Shown here in pieces: positions 9,707 to 19,684 of a stretch of DNA of 64,000 nucleotides. The number at the start of each line of letters is the position of its first letter. The stretch's first letter is position 1. Both the position numbers and the translations under genes were made by a program. The notes beneath the pieces were generated by a model. It worked only from the letters and a program-made list of their open reading frames with translations. It ran no database searches and was not told the origin of the DNA. Location: NCBI GenBank assembly GCA_963767005.1, contig CAVYCN010000004.1, positions 416,001 through 480,000 of the forward strand. Reading direction: 5' to 3'. The stretch comes from an uncultured Actinomycetes bacterium. GTDB taxonomy: Bacteria > Actinomycetota > Thermoleophilia > UBA2241.

Positions 9707-11782
9707 CTAGACGAGATCGCGCGGGATGCGGTGCTTGCGCGCCGCCTCGTGGATGAGCTCGCCGTGGTCGTAGGCGCGCTGCTCGTCGGTCAGCACGAAC
9801 TCGTCGGCGCTCGCGCGCAGCTCGCCCAGCGTGTCGACGCGCACCTCGAGCTCGGTGCCGCGCCGCAGGTCGCTGTGGCCCTCGAAGCGCGCGACCGCGG
9901 ACAGGGGGTCGCCCTCGCGCAGCTCGTAGGTGTACACGCAGTGGTCCTCGGTCACGATGCCGGTCGTGGCGTCGCGGTAGCGGCCACCGTCGATCCAGCG
10001 GTACTCGTAGCGCATCGTGTCCGTGTCGATGTCCCAGTCGACACGCCGCCCGCGTGAACCCGGCTCGACCAGCGTCTCGGTCTCGAGCGGTGCCGACCGT
10101 TCGGGCTCGCCGAACGGCGCGAGCGCGGCGTCGGCGGGCCGCGCCGGGCGGACCGGCAGGACGAGCCGGCCGGCGCCGCCGGCGAAGAGGGTGAGCTCGA
10201 CCGCCTCGGGCGAGGGCCAGACCCACGGCCAGTAGGTCGTCGAGACGGCGACGCGCAGGCGATGGCCGGCGGCGAAGGCGTGGGCGATCGTGTCGAGCGC
10301 CACGGTCACGGTGAACGGCGCGGCCGGCGTGAGCGGCGTCGGGTGCTCGTGGCCGGCGCGATGCGTGAGGTTGAGCACGTGGCGGGTGACGAGCTTGGAG
10401 CAGCCGTCGGGTGCCACGTCGCAGAGCCGTACGCAGACCAGGGCGCGCCGCCGGTCGACGGCGAGCCGCAGCGTGACCTCGGGCGCCCCGAGGATCTCGA
10501 GCGGCGCGGCCAGCGGCGCCGAGGTGAAAGTCAGCGAGCGGCCGTCCTCGGCGCGCTGGTCGAGCGGCCAGTCGCCGGGCGTGCCCTCTGCGCACCAGGC
10601 GCCGGCGTCCATGCCGGTGAGCTGCAGGCCGCGGTGCACGAGGCGCGCGGCGCCACTCGAGCCGCCGGCGTCGTGCGAGCCGCCGGCGTCCGCACCGTCG
10701 CAGCCGGCCTCGCCGAGCGTGCCGTCGCCCAGCGTCCAGACGCGGCGCTCGATGCGCGGCGACGGCCAGATGTCCTCGGCCACCCAGCGGCCCGGGTGAT
10801 CGGCGATGAGCGGCGCCGGCGCGACCCAGTCCTCCATCCACACACGCAGCATGGGCTCGTCCATGACGCCGGTGTCGATGCCCTTCAGCCAGTGGTCCCA
10901 GAAGCGCAGCGCCTCCTGCAGGTAGCCGATGGCCGGGCCGGGCACGACCTGGTTCGGGAAGCTGTGCGACCACGGCCCGATCAACCCCTTGCGGGGCCCG
11001 GGCAGACCGGCCAGCAGGCGCATGACGGCGTTGTGGTAGCCGTCGGTCCAGCCGCCGATCGCGTACACCGCGGCCTCGATCGCGGCGTAGTCCTCGCAGA
11101 CCGAGCCGCGCTTCCAGTAAGCGTCGCGGCGCTGGTGGGCAAGCCAGGTCGCGGCCCAGTCGGCGTTGTGCCGCAGGCGCTCGAGCCAGCGCTCGCGCCA
11201 GCCGTCGCCGCCGACCACCTGGGGATGCGACGGCAGGGCGTTGTAGTGCAGCATCGTGGCGCCCCAGGCCTGCATGTCGAGGCCCGACACGCAGCCGCCC
11301 TTGTAGTGCACGTCGTCGGCGTAGCGGTCGTCGGTCGACATCAGCGTGATGATCGCCTTGAGCGCGGGCGGCCGCAAGGCCGCCACCTGGAGGCTGTTGA
11401 AGCCCGTCCACGAGATGCCGGTCATGCCGACGTTGCCGCTGCACCAGGGCCGGGCGGCGAGCCAGGCGATGACCTCGCAGACGTCGCGCTGCTCCAGGGC
11501 CGTGTACTCGTCGTCGATCAGGCCCTCCGAGTCGCCGGTGCCGCGCAGGTCGACGCGCGCGCAGGCGTAGCCGTGGCCGGCCCAGTACGGGTAGACCTCC
11601 CAGTCGCGCTGGCCGGCGTCGGTCAGGCGGTAGGGGCTCGCCTCGAGGATCGCCGGCACCGGGTCGGTGTCGGCGTCGGCCGGCAGCCAGATGCGGGCGT
11701 GCAGGCGGACGCCGTCGGACAGGGTGATCCACTGGTGGTCGAGCACGTCCACGCGGCGTGGGAACTCGTCGCGCACCTTCAT
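9707..11782 (-). CDS. CocE/NonD family hydrolase (peptidase S15)
   Basis: PYR motif, VDLRGTGDSEG, GMTGISW nucleophile elbow, GPWSH, C-terminal PepX-like domain. Confidence 0.9.
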   Translation of the reverse strand: MKVRDEFPRRVDVLDHQWITLSDGVRLHARIWLPADADTDPVPAILEASPYRLTDAGQRDWEVYPYWAGHGYACARVDLRGTGDSEGLIDDEYTALEQRDVCEVIAWLAARPWCSGNVGMTGISWTGFNSLQVAALRPPALKAIITLMSTDDRYADDVHYKGGCVSGLDMQAWGATMLHYNALPSHPQVVGGDGWRERWLERLRHNADWAATWLAHQRRDAYWKRGSVCEDYAAIEAAVYAIGGWTDGYHNAVMRLLAGLPGPRKGLIGPWSHSFPNQVVPGPAIGYLQEALRFWDHWLKGIDTGVMDEPMLRVWMEDWVAPAPLIADHPGRWVAEDIWPSPRIERRVWTLGDGTLGEAGCDGADAGGSHDAGGSSGAARLVHRGLQLTGMDAGAWCAEGTPGDWPLDQRAEDGRSLTFTSAPLAAPLEILGAPEVTLRLAVDRRRALVCVRLCDVAPDGCSKLVTRHVLNLTHRAGHEHPTPLTPAAPFTVTVALDTIAHAFAAGHRLRVAVSTTYWPWVWPSPEAVELTLFAGGAGRLVLPVRPARPADAALAPFGEPERSAPLETETLVEPGSRGRRVDWDIDTDTMRYEYRWIDGGRYRDATTGIVTEDHCVYTYELREGDPLSAVARFEGHSDLRRGTELEVRVDTLGELRASADEFVLTDEQRAYDHGELIHEAARKHRIPRDLV

Positions 11783-11898
11783 CGGGGCCACCTCACCGGT
11801 AGGGGTTGACGCTGCGACTCTACCGAGGCCGTCGCGGGGGCGGCAAGCACATGCCTCCGCAAGCGCGTCGCGCACCCGGCCGGGCGCCGGCCTGTCGC

Positions 11899-11967
11899 CT
11901 ACCTGACGAGCAGGAGCAGCAGGACGGCGACCAGGAAGACGATGAGGACGATGGCCAGCGTGTACAT
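11899..11967 (-). CDS. Putative 22-aa single-pass membrane microprotein MYTLAIVLIVFLVAVLLLLLVR
   Basis: ATG preceded by GAGGA; nearly all codons end in G/C; one hydrophobic helix. Confidence 0.5.
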   Translation of the reverse strand: MYTLAIVLIVFLVAVLLLLLVR

Positions 11968-12088
11968 AGGTCCTCGCGCGGCTCCAGGACGTGGTCTGTC
12001 GGTGTCGTTCCCGCGGCGGCGGCGAGGCAAGCCGCTCGGGCGGCGTGGCGGGCTCAGCCGCTTGCCGCTGCCCGACGGCGCGACGGCT

Positions 12089-12931
12089 TCAGGTGCCGAC
12101 CGGCAGGTGCTCCCGGAACCAGGCGAGGAGCAGGGCGATGACCTGATCGAGGTGCCCGACGAGGTTGTGGGGACAGCCCGGCACGACCTCGATGCGCGAG
12201 CCGGACGGCAGCAGCGACAGACCGCGCCGGGCGAGCGCGAGGTACTCGAGCTCTTCCTCGTCGCCGTCGCCGTCGATCAGCAGCACGGGGCAGGGCACCC
12301 GGGCGAAGAGCGCCTCCTGGTCGCAGCCGACGAGCTCCTCGAGCAGCGAGACGTCACTCACCACGGCGGCCCGGGGGTGGTCGCCGTCCTGCGGGATCGT
12401 CACCCGCCCGGTCCGGGCCAGCTCGTCCATCTGCTCGGCTGTGAAGTAGTCGTGCCAGTCGTAGCCGACGGGACCGGTAGGCGCGCCGGCCGTCGCGATC
12501 GTCGTCACGTCGGCGGGCGAGGCCTGCAGGCAGACCCGGCCGCCGAGGCTGTGGCCGATCAGGCCGAGCCGCTCGTGGCCGAGCGAGCGGGCGTAGGCGA
12601 TCGCCGCCAGCAGGTCCTCGACCTCGTGCTCGACGGTGAGGACGTCGTCGTCGCTCTCGCCCGACCCGGCGAAGTCGAAGGCGAGCGTGGCGTAGCCGGC
12701 GGTGGCGAAGGCCTGCGCCATCGTCGGGAATCGGTCACGGGCGCGGCGCTGGCTGCCGAAGCCGTGGGCCAGCACGACCAGCGGCGTCTCGGTCGGCGGC
12801 CGCGAGAGCGCCGCACCTGCGCCGCCGCTGGTGGGGGCTCGGTCAACGTCTTGTGCCCGGCCGGGGGCGGGCGCCACGTAGTCGGCGACGAGTCGCAGTC
12901 CACGAGCGTTGCGAAAGGTCACGCGAGGCAT
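12089..12931 (-). CDS. Alpha/beta hydrolase
   Basis: HGFG, FDFAGSGES, GHSLGG, C-terminal His (GCPH). Confidence 0.85.
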   Translation of the reverse strand: MPRVTFRNARGLRLVADYVAPAPGRAQDVDRAPTSGGAGAALSRPPTETPLVVLAHGFGSQRRARDRFPTMAQAFATAGYATLAFDFAGSGESDDDVLTVEHEVEDLLAAIAYARSLGHERLGLIGHSLGGRVCLQASPADVTTIATAGAPTGPVGYDWHDYFTAEQMDELARTGRVTIPQDGDHPRAAVVSDVSLLEELVGCDQEALFARVPCPVLLIDGDGDEEELEYLALARRGLSLLPSGSRIEVVPGCPHNLVGHLDQVIALLLAWFREHLPVGT

Positions 12932-13011
12932 GATGTAAAGCATACGCGACCGCGGGACGACCGTACGGGCGAGGGTGTTTGGTGCAACGGGTAAACGAAG
13001 GCCGGGAGAGC

Positions 13012-13968
13012 ATGCGCCTCTGGGGCGTGGCGCTGCGCGACTGGCCGTCCGCGTTGCGCGACGCCGGTCTTGCCCTGCTGCACGACGACGTCACGGGCAA
13101 GGCGGCCGGCCTCACCTACTTCATGGTCATCACGGTGTTCCCGGCGCTCATCGCGTTCGTGTCGTTCCTCGTGCTGATCGGCCGCGCCGGCGCGGTGTCC
13201 TCGTTGCTCAGCGTGGTGAGCGACCTGGGGCCGGTCAGCGGCAGAGTGGTGGGCTCGCCCGTGCGCCACGCGCTCACGAGCGGCGGCTCGGTCGGCGCCC
13301 TCGTGTCGATCGCGGTGTTCGCGTTCTTCGCGGCGTCGGCCTACGTCGGGGCGTTCGACGGTCAGGAGCGCCGTCTGCGCGACGAGCCTGCCGCCACCTC
13401 GTTCTGGGCGGCGCGGCGCCGCCAGTCGCTGATCGCCCTGGCCGTGCTCGGCCTGCTCGGCTTGATCTCGCTCGCCCTCGTGCTCAGCCCGGCGCTGTTC
13501 GTGCGCGCCGGCGGGGTGCTCGGCAGCGGTACGACCGGCCTCGTGCTCTACAAGGTGTTCCGCTGGCCGGGGCTGTTCGTCGCGGCGCTCGTGCTGTTCA
13601 ACGTCCTCTACCTGTCATCGCCGGCGCCGGCGCACCGCGCCGGACGCTTCTGGATCACCGGCGGCAGCGTCATGAGCATGCTGGCCTGGCTGCTCGCCAC
13701 CTGGATCTACGACCTCTATGCGCGCCATGTGAGTCACTACCAGTCGCTGTACGGCGCGTTCGGCGACCTGATCGCGTTCTTCTTGTGGCTGTGGATGTTG
13801 AACATCGCCGTGCTCGGTGGCGTCGAGCTCAACATCCAGCTCGAGCGCCGGCGCGGCGACCTGCCGATCCCGGTCGACGACGAGCCTCGCGAGGGGCTCG
13901 CACCCGCCCCCGCCGCGCGCGCCGCACGCGCGCAGGGGAGGGGCGAGGAGACGCACAGAGCGGCGTGA
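13012..13968 (+). CDS. YihY/virulence factor BrkB family membrane protein
   Basis: AAGLTYF..FPAL, YQSLYGAFG..FFLWLW..LGGVELN. Confidence 0.85.
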   Translation: MRLWGVALRDWPSALRDAGLALLHDDVTGKAAGLTYFMVITVFPALIAFVSFLVLIGRAGAVSSLLSVVSDLGPVSGRVVGSPVRHALTSGGSVGALVSIAVFAFFAASAYVGAFDGQERRLRDEPAATSFWAARRRQSLIALAVLGLLGLISLALVLSPALFVRAGGVLGSGTTGLVLYKVFRWPGLFVAALVLFNVLYLSSPAPAHRAGRFWITGGSVMSMLAWLLATWIYDLYARHVSHYQSLYGAFGDLIAFFLWLWMLNIAVLGGVELNIQLERRRGDLPIPVDDEPREGLAPAPAARAARAQGRGEETHRAA

Positions 13969-13976
13969 CTGCGGCC

Positions 13977-14022
13977 GGGCGGTGGGGGCGGCGCCTCGTA
14001 CGAGGCGCCGCCCCCACCGCCC
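13977..14022. repeat. Perfect 46-bp palindrome, probable terminator hairpin
   Basis: gggcggtgggggcggcgcctcgt/acgaggcgccgcccccaccgccc immediately after the yihY-family stop codon. Confidence 0.75.
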
Positions 14023-14043
14023 TCGTGCCCCTCCGGCGGCCCC

Positions 14044-14095
14044 TTGACACCCGCGACAGGACTGTTAGATTCGCACGAAGTTCGCTTAAGCGAAC
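14044..14095 (+). promoter_or_regulatory. Promoter plus palindromic operator for the ABC operon
   Basis: TTGACA at 14044, TAGATT about 15 nt later, perfect 16-bp palindrome GTTCGCTTAAGCGAAC at 14080-14095. Confidence 0.55.
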
Positions 14096-14267
14096 GAATT
14101 CCGCGAGGAGCCGTCGGGTCGCGACGGCAAGGGGGAAACAGCAAGTCCGCGGGCGCTCCGCCCGCCGGCCCACTCCTCCCGCTCGCTCGGCCGAAGGAGG
14201 GTCACCACACAAGGACGCGCAGGTTCCACCCCGCAGCACGACAACGTCTACGTCTCGGAGGGATGCG

Positions 14268-16109
14268 ATGGGTCTGACCCGACACACAGGGCGCGGCAGG
14301 TGGCTGCTGTTGGCGGTCGCCGCCTTCCTCGCCATCGGCCTGATCTGGGGGATCGCGGCGGCCTTTGCCGACAGCTCGAGCCCCGCACCAGCGAGCGACG
14401 CCAACGTGCTGCGAGTCGGCTGGGGGTCTGAGCCGCAGACGCTCAACCCCTTCAAGCAGAACCTGATCGCCGAGTTCGAGGTCAACCACCTGAACTACGA
14501 CTACCTGGTGGGCGTCGACGCGGCCACCTACCAGCCCAAGGCCGAGCTGGCGACCGCCTGGACGCAGAGCGCCGACGGGCTGACCTGGACCTTCACCATC
14601 CGCAGTGGCGTGAAGTGGCAGGACGGCGTGCCGTTCACGGCCGCCGACGTGGCCTTCACCTACAACTACATCATCAAGAACAACATGACGAACTTCACGA
14701 TGTTCACGGCCGGCATCAAGGACGTGACGGCGCCCAACGCCACCACGGCCGTGTTCCATCTGCTCAAGCCGTGGGCCCTCATGCTGCGCATGTACGTACC
14801 CATCCTGCCCGAGCACATCTGGTCGAAGATCCCGGCCGCCAAGGCGCAGAGCACCTACCTGAACTCCAACCCGGTCGGCACCGGCCCGTTCCAGGTGACG
14901 AGCTTCACCCCCGGCCAGACCGTCGTGATGAAGGCCAACCCGGACTACTGGCGCGGCGCCCCGAAGGTGAGCGAGGTCGTCTTCGAGTCCTACGTGAACG
15001 CCAACACCATGGCTCAGGATCTCAAGTCGGGCGCGATCGGCGTGGCCGCCGGCCTGCCCGAGGCCTCGTTCAAGCAGCTCCAGACGACCGCCGGCGTCAA
15101 GACGATCGTCGGCTTGAGCAAGGGCTTCGAGGAGCTCGGCATCGACAGCTACGTGCCGCCGGCTGGCGGCAAGAGCGGCGGCAACCCCGTGCTGCGCGAC
15201 TGGAAGTTCCGCCAGGCGCTGAACTACGCCGTCGACAAGAGCGCCGTCCTGACCACGGCCTATGACGGCTACGGCACGGTGGCGACGTCGGTCATCCAGC
15301 CGGGCTACTTCCCGGCCTCGGCCGACTACCACTGGACGCCGCCGACGCCTTACACCTTCGACATCGCCAAGGCCAATCAGATGCTGACGGCCGCCGGTTA
15401 TCCCCTGAAGAACGGCGTACGCCTGAACAAGCAGGGCAAGCCGATCGTCCTCAGCCTGATCGCGCGCTCGGACAGCCCCGAGAGCCAGCGCGCCGGCAAG
15501 CTGATCGCGAGCTGGTTCACGCAGCTCGGCCTGAAGATCGACTACCAGGTGCTCGAGACCTCGGCCCTCCTGGCCAAGCAGTACAACTTCGTGGGCAAGA
15601 CCTACGATCCCCAGTACGACCTGTTCCTCTGGGACTGGGTGGGCTCGGGCAGCGACCCCAACTACATCCTGAGCGTCTTCACGACCGGCCAGATCGCCAA
15701 CCTGAGCGACTGCCAGTACTCGAACCCGACCTACGACAAGCTGTTCGCCGAGCAGCAGACCACGATGGACCCCACCCAGCGGATCGACATCGTCCATCAG
15801 ATGCAGCAGATCCTGTACGAGCAGTCGCCGTACATCACGCTCGTCTACCATCGCAACCTCGAGGCCTACAACTCGGCCAAGTGGACCGGCTTCGTGCAGT
15901 CCCCGGCTGACGGCGGCAGCATCGTCTACAACGCCGACAACATCGACAGCTACCTCTACGCCCACGCCGTGACGGCGAGCGTCTCGAGCTCGAGCTCGGG
16001 CTCGAGCAACACCGGCCTGATCGTCGTGATCGTGGTGATCGTCGCGGTCGTCGTGATCGCCGTCGTGGTCGTTACTGCGCGGCGTCGCGGACGCGCCGTC
16101 GAGCAGTGA
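14268..16109 (+). CDS. ABC transporter peptide/nickel substrate-binding protein (family 5) with C-terminal TM anchor
   Basis: DGLTWTFTIRSGVKWQDG..FTAADVAFT, PVGTGPF; hydrophobic C-tail followed by RRR. Confidence 0.92.
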   Translation: MGLTRHTGRGRWLLLAVAAFLAIGLIWGIAAAFADSSSPAPASDANVLRVGWGSEPQTLNPFKQNLIAEFEVNHLNYDYLVGVDAATYQPKAELATAWTQSADGLTWTFTIRSGVKWQDGVPFTAADVAFTYNYIIKNNMTNFTMFTAGIKDVTAPNATTAVFHLLKPWALMLRMYVPILPEHIWSKIPAAKAQSTYLNSNPVGTGPFQVTSFTPGQTVVMKANPDYWRGAPKVSEVVFESYVNANTMAQDLKSGAIGVAAGLPEASFKQLQTTAGVKTIVGLSKGFEELGIDSYVPPAGGKSGGNPVLRDWKFRQALNYAVDKSAVLTTAYDGYGTVATSVIQPGYFPASADYHWTPPTPYTFDIAKANQMLTAAGYPLKNGVRLNKQGKPIVLSLIARSDSPESQRAGKLIASWFTQLGLKIDYQVLETSALLAKQYNFVGKTYDPQYDLFLWDWVGSGSDPNYILSVFTTGQIANLSDCQYSNPTYDKLFAEQQTTMDPTQRIDIVHQMQQILYEQSPYITLVYHRNLEAYNSAKWTGFVQSPADGGSIVYNADNIDSYLYAHAVTASVSSSSSGSSNTGLIVVIVVIVAVVVIAVVVVTARRRGRAVEQ

Positions 16110-16192
16110 CCCGAGCGGTCGGTATGAGCCTGCTCCGATAGGGGGTCTGGGGGCGCCGGTCCGGTGGGACCGGACCGGCGCCCCCACTCGAC

Positions 16193-17164
16193 ATGGACAA
16201 GCGCAGCTACTTTCTGAAGAAGATCCTGAACGCGGTGCTGATCATCGTGCTGGTCGCCTCGTTCAACTTCGTGCTGTTCCGCATTCTGCCGGGCAACCCC
16301 GCCCGTCTGCTGCTGCCGCACGGCGCCTGGAGCCCGGCGGCGATCGCCAGGCAGCGGAGTGTGTTTCGGCTCGATCGCCCGCTCTGGCAGCAGTTCGGCT
16401 ACTACTGGTACGACCTCGCCCACGGCAAGCTGGGCAACTCCTTCGTGTACTCCCGGCCGGCCATGTCGGTGGTCTGGGCGCGCGTGCCGTCGACCCTCTT
16501 GCTGGTCGGCACCGGCACCGTCGTCGCCATCGTCGTCGGGCTGATCACCGGCACCTACGCCGGCTGGCGACGGGACGGCTGGTACGACACCTCCTCGACC
16601 ACGGTCGGCATGGTGCTGTACTCGACGCCGACCCTGTGGGTCGGGCTCGTGCTCATCATGCTGTTCTCGGCCAAGCTGGGCTGGTTCCCGTCGGGTCGCA
16701 TGGGCGAGCCGGGAGCCGTGTACAGCGGCTGGTTCGACCACGGCAAGGCAATCCTCAACCACCTCGTGTTGCCGGCGGCGACGTTCGCTCTCGTCTACAT
16801 CGGCCAGTACCACACCATCATGCGCACCTCGCTGTCGGGTGTGCGCAACGAAGACTTCGTGCTCACGGCGCGCGCCAAGGGTCTCTCTGACTCGGGCGTG
16901 CTGTGGGGCCACGTCGTGCCCAACGCCATGCTGCCGACGACGACTGTGATCATGATGAACCTGGGCTTCATCATGTCGGGCGCCATCCTCACCGAGACGG
17001 TGTTCAACTGGCCCGGCATCGGCCTGCTCTCGTATCAGTCGATGATGAACCTCGACTACCCGGTGCTGCAGGCCGTGTTCCTGGTGGCGAGCGTCGCCGT
17101 CGTGCTGGCGAACCTCGTCGCGGACATCCTCTACTACTATCTCGACCCGAGGGTACGGGCATGA
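16193..17164 (+). CDS. ABC transporter permease (OppB/DppB-like)
   Basis: DFVLTARAKG, ILTETVFNWPGIG, LDPRV. Confidence 0.93.
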   Translation: MDKRSYFLKKILNAVLIIVLVASFNFVLFRILPGNPARLLLPHGAWSPAAIARQRSVFRLDRPLWQQFGYYWYDLAHGKLGNSFVYSRPAMSVVWARVPSTLLLVGTGTVVAIVVGLITGTYAGWRRDGWYDTSSTTVGMVLYSTPTLWVGLVLIMLFSAKLGWFPSGRMGEPGAVYSGWFDHGKAILNHLVLPAATFALVYIGQYHTIMRTSLSGVRNEDFVLTARAKGLSDSGVLWGHVVPNAMLPTTTVIMMNLGFIMSGAILTETVFNWPGIGLLSYQSMMNLDYPVLQAVFLVASVAVVLANLVADILYYYLDPRVRA

Positions 17165-18525
17165 GCTGGCGACGCGTTAGACTCTGGCTGCTGGTCTGGA
17201 CACCGCTGCTCTGGCTGACGCTGGAGCTCGTCACCTATCCCAAGGATCGGCCCCTCTCGAGCGGCCTCGGCCGCGTGCTGGCCGGCTTCGTAAGCGGGCG
17301 GGTCGCCTCGTACCCGGCCTGGCTGCCCGGTGTCCTTGCGCTGCTCGCGCTGGCCGCCGCCATCCTCGCGGCCGTGCGCGGCGAGAAGGATCGCCGCCTG
17401 ACGCTCGCCCTGGTCGCCCTGGCCGTGGTGCTCGGCGCCTGGGCGCTCGCCCAGATGGGCTGGACGCACGTCGCCCTGGGCGCACAGCGCTCGCATCTGT
17501 CGTGGCTGTTCCAGACCGTGGCGCTCGCGCTGGCGGCGCTCGCGATCTGGCAGTGGGCAGTCGGGCGCCAGGAACGCGTCAGCCTCTCGGTCGAGGCGCT
17601 GCAGCGCGTCTGGCGGCTGTACAAGACCAACCGGCAGGGCATGCTCGGCCTCGCCACGCTGGTCGTGTTCGTGGCGATCGCGCTGCTCGCGCCGTTCCTC
17701 GCCAACCACAGGTACCTGAATGCCGGGTATCCGGTCGGAGCGCCGTTCGCCCATCCGAGCCTGTCGTGGCCGCGACTCTTCGGCACCGACGAGCAGGGCA
17801 TGTCGGTGCTCGCCGAGTTCATCTGGAGCGCCCGGATCTCGCTCGTCGTGGGCCTCACCGCGTCGGCCATCTCGGCCGTGATCGGCGCCCTGGTGGGCAT
17901 CGCCGCCGGCTTCTACGGCGGCTGGAAGGGCGAGCTGTCGATGCGCGCCACCGACTTCTTCCTCGTGCTGCCCTGGCTGCCGCTCGCCATGGTGCTGGCG
18001 GCCGCCTGGGGACGCAACTACGGCATGATCATCCTGATCATCGGCATCACGAGCTGGCCGAGCACGGCGCGCCTGATCCGCTCCGAGACGCTGCGCGTGC
18101 GCGAGCTGCAGTTCATCGAGCGCTCGCGGGCGATCGGCTCGACCGACACCCACACCATGCGCAACCATGTGCTGCCCAACGTGCTGCCCCTGATCTTCGC
18201 CAACACGGTGCTCGTCGTCGCCATCGCCATCCTGTCCGAGACGACGCTGTCGTTCCTCGGCCTCGGCGACCCGCTCAATTTCAGCTGGGGCACGATGCTA
18301 CGCAACGCCTGGACGTCGGGCGGCGCCAGCCTGCCGGCCTGGTGGTACGTGGTGCCGCCCGGCGCGGCGATCGTGCTCGTGGTGCTGGGCTTCACGTTCG
18401 TGGGCCGCGCCTTCGACGCGATCCTCGACCCGAAGCTGCGCAAGCGCGAGTCGGCCGGCGCCGAGCGCGTCGGACAGGGAGAGACCCGGCGCGCCCGCGG
18501 CTCGGCCCTCGAGGAGGAGTCATGA
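17161..18525 (+). CDS. ABC transporter permease (OppC/DppC-like) with extra N-terminal TM helices
   Basis: FGTDEQG, ARISLVVG, HVLPN, LSFLGLG; ATGA overlap with the previous gene. Confidence 0.9.
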   Translation: MSWRRVRLWLLVWTPLLWLTLELVTYPKDRPLSSGLGRVLAGFVSGRVASYPAWLPGVLALLALAAAILAAVRGEKDRRLTLALVALAVVLGAWALAQMGWTHVALGAQRSHLSWLFQTVALALAALAIWQWAVGRQERVSLSVEALQRVWRLYKTNRQGMLGLATLVVFVAIALLAPFLANHRYLNAGYPVGAPFAHPSLSWPRLFGTDEQGMSVLAEFIWSARISLVVGLTASAISAVIGALVGIAAGFYGGWKGELSMRATDFFLVLPWLPLAMVLAAAWGRNYGMIILIIGITSWPSTARLIRSETLRVRELQFIERSRAIGSTDTHTMRNHVLPNVLPLIFANTVLVVAIAILSETTLSFLGLGDPLNFSWGTMLRNAWTSGGASLPAWWYVVPPGAAIVLVVLGFTFVGRAFDAILDPKLRKRESAGAERVGQGETRRARGSALEEES

Positions 18526-18667
18526 GGCGCGCCGTTACGACAGACCCAAGACCCGGCGCAGCCAACGGCGCCGTCGCTGGGAAGGGCGTCCCCTGCCGGA
18601 CCAGCCCCCCAAGCACCCGAGGGGGCGCCCTTCCCGTTCCGACCACCGGCGAGTCGGGAGGCCAGCC

Positions 18668-19684
18668 ATGAGCGCCGCCCAGACCAAGCCCGCCGCCCCC
18701 GCCAAGGAGGCCGCGGCCCGCATCGACCACGAGGGCATCCTCGACGTGCGCGACCTGAAGGCCTACTTCAAGCTGCGCGAGGGCGACGTCAAAGCCGTCG
18801 ACGGCGTGAGCTTCATGTTGGAGAGCGGCCACAGCCTGGGCCTGGCCGGCGAGAGCGGCTGCGGCAAGACCACGGCCGCCCTGGCGATCCTCAAGCTCTT
18901 ACCCGAAAACGGCCGCATCGTCAGTGGCGAGGTGCTCTTCGACGGTCGCAACCTGGCCAAGCGCACCGAGTACGGCATGTCCAAGATCCGCTGGAAGGAG
19001 GTCTCGATCATCTTCCAGGGGGCGATGAACGCCCTGAACCCGGTGCAGCAGGTGGGCCGCCAGATCGCCGAGCCGATCATCCTCCACGAGGGCCTAAGCG
19101 AGGCCAAGGCGATGGTCCGCGCCCGCGAGCTCTTCGATCTGGTCGGCATCAACCCCAAGCGCGTGACTGAGTTCCCCCACGAGATGAGCGGCGGCATGCG
19201 CCAGCGCGCGATGATCGCCATGGCCCTGGCCTGCAACCCCAAGCTGGTGATCGGCGACGAGCCCACCACCGCCTTGGACGTCATGGTCCAGGCCCAGATC
19301 CTCGAGCTGATCGAGCGCTTACGCCACGAGCTGGCGCTCTCCTTCATCCTCATCAGCCACGATCTTTCGGTCATGGCCGAGACCTGCGACAAGGGCGTCA
19401 TCATGTACGCCGGCAAGGTGGTCGAGGCCGGCTCGACGACCGACATCTTCACGGCCCCCTCGCACCCCTACACACGGCAGCTCATCAAGGCCTTCCCCAA
19501 CATCCACGAGACCCGCGAGATGGTGAGCTCGATCGCCGGCGACCCGCCCAACCTGCTAGACCCGCCGCCCGGCTGTCGCTTCTACCCGCGCTGCGCCCTA
19601 GCCGAGCCGGCCTGCACTGAAAGCGACCAGGAGATGGTGGCGGTCTCGCCCGGACACTACGCGCGCTGCTGGAAGGTGGCCTAG
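18668..19684 (+). CDS. ABC transporter ATP-binding protein (OppD-like)
   Basis: [31 protein letters not shown]. Confidence 0.95.
   Translation: MSAAQTKPAAPAKEAAARIDHEGILDVRDLKAYFKLREGDVKAVDGVSFMLESGHSLGLAGESGCGKTTAALAILKLLPENGRIVSGEVLFDGRNLAKRTEYGMSKIRWKEVSIIFQGAMNALNPVQQVGRQIAEPIILHEGLSEAKAMVRARELFDLVGINPKRVTEFPHEMSGGMRQRAMIAMALACNPKLVIGDEPTTALDVMVQAQILELIERLRHELALSFILISHDLSVMAETCDKGVIMYAGKVVEAGSTTDIFTAPSHPYTRQLIKAFPNIHETREMVSSIAGDPPNLLDPPPGCRFYPRCALAEPACTESDQEMVAVSPGHYARCWKVA

Noticed and set aside
8721-11732. 1003-aa minus-strand ORF and many other long Arg/Gly/Pro-rich ORFs in the track
   Set aside because: Alternate-frame shadows of real high-GC genes; no motifs.
12975-14267. Apparent 1044-aa fusion upstream of the ABC binding protein
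   Set aside because: Open-frame read-through across the yihY-family gene, terminator and promoter; RBS and signal peptide indicate a start at 14268.
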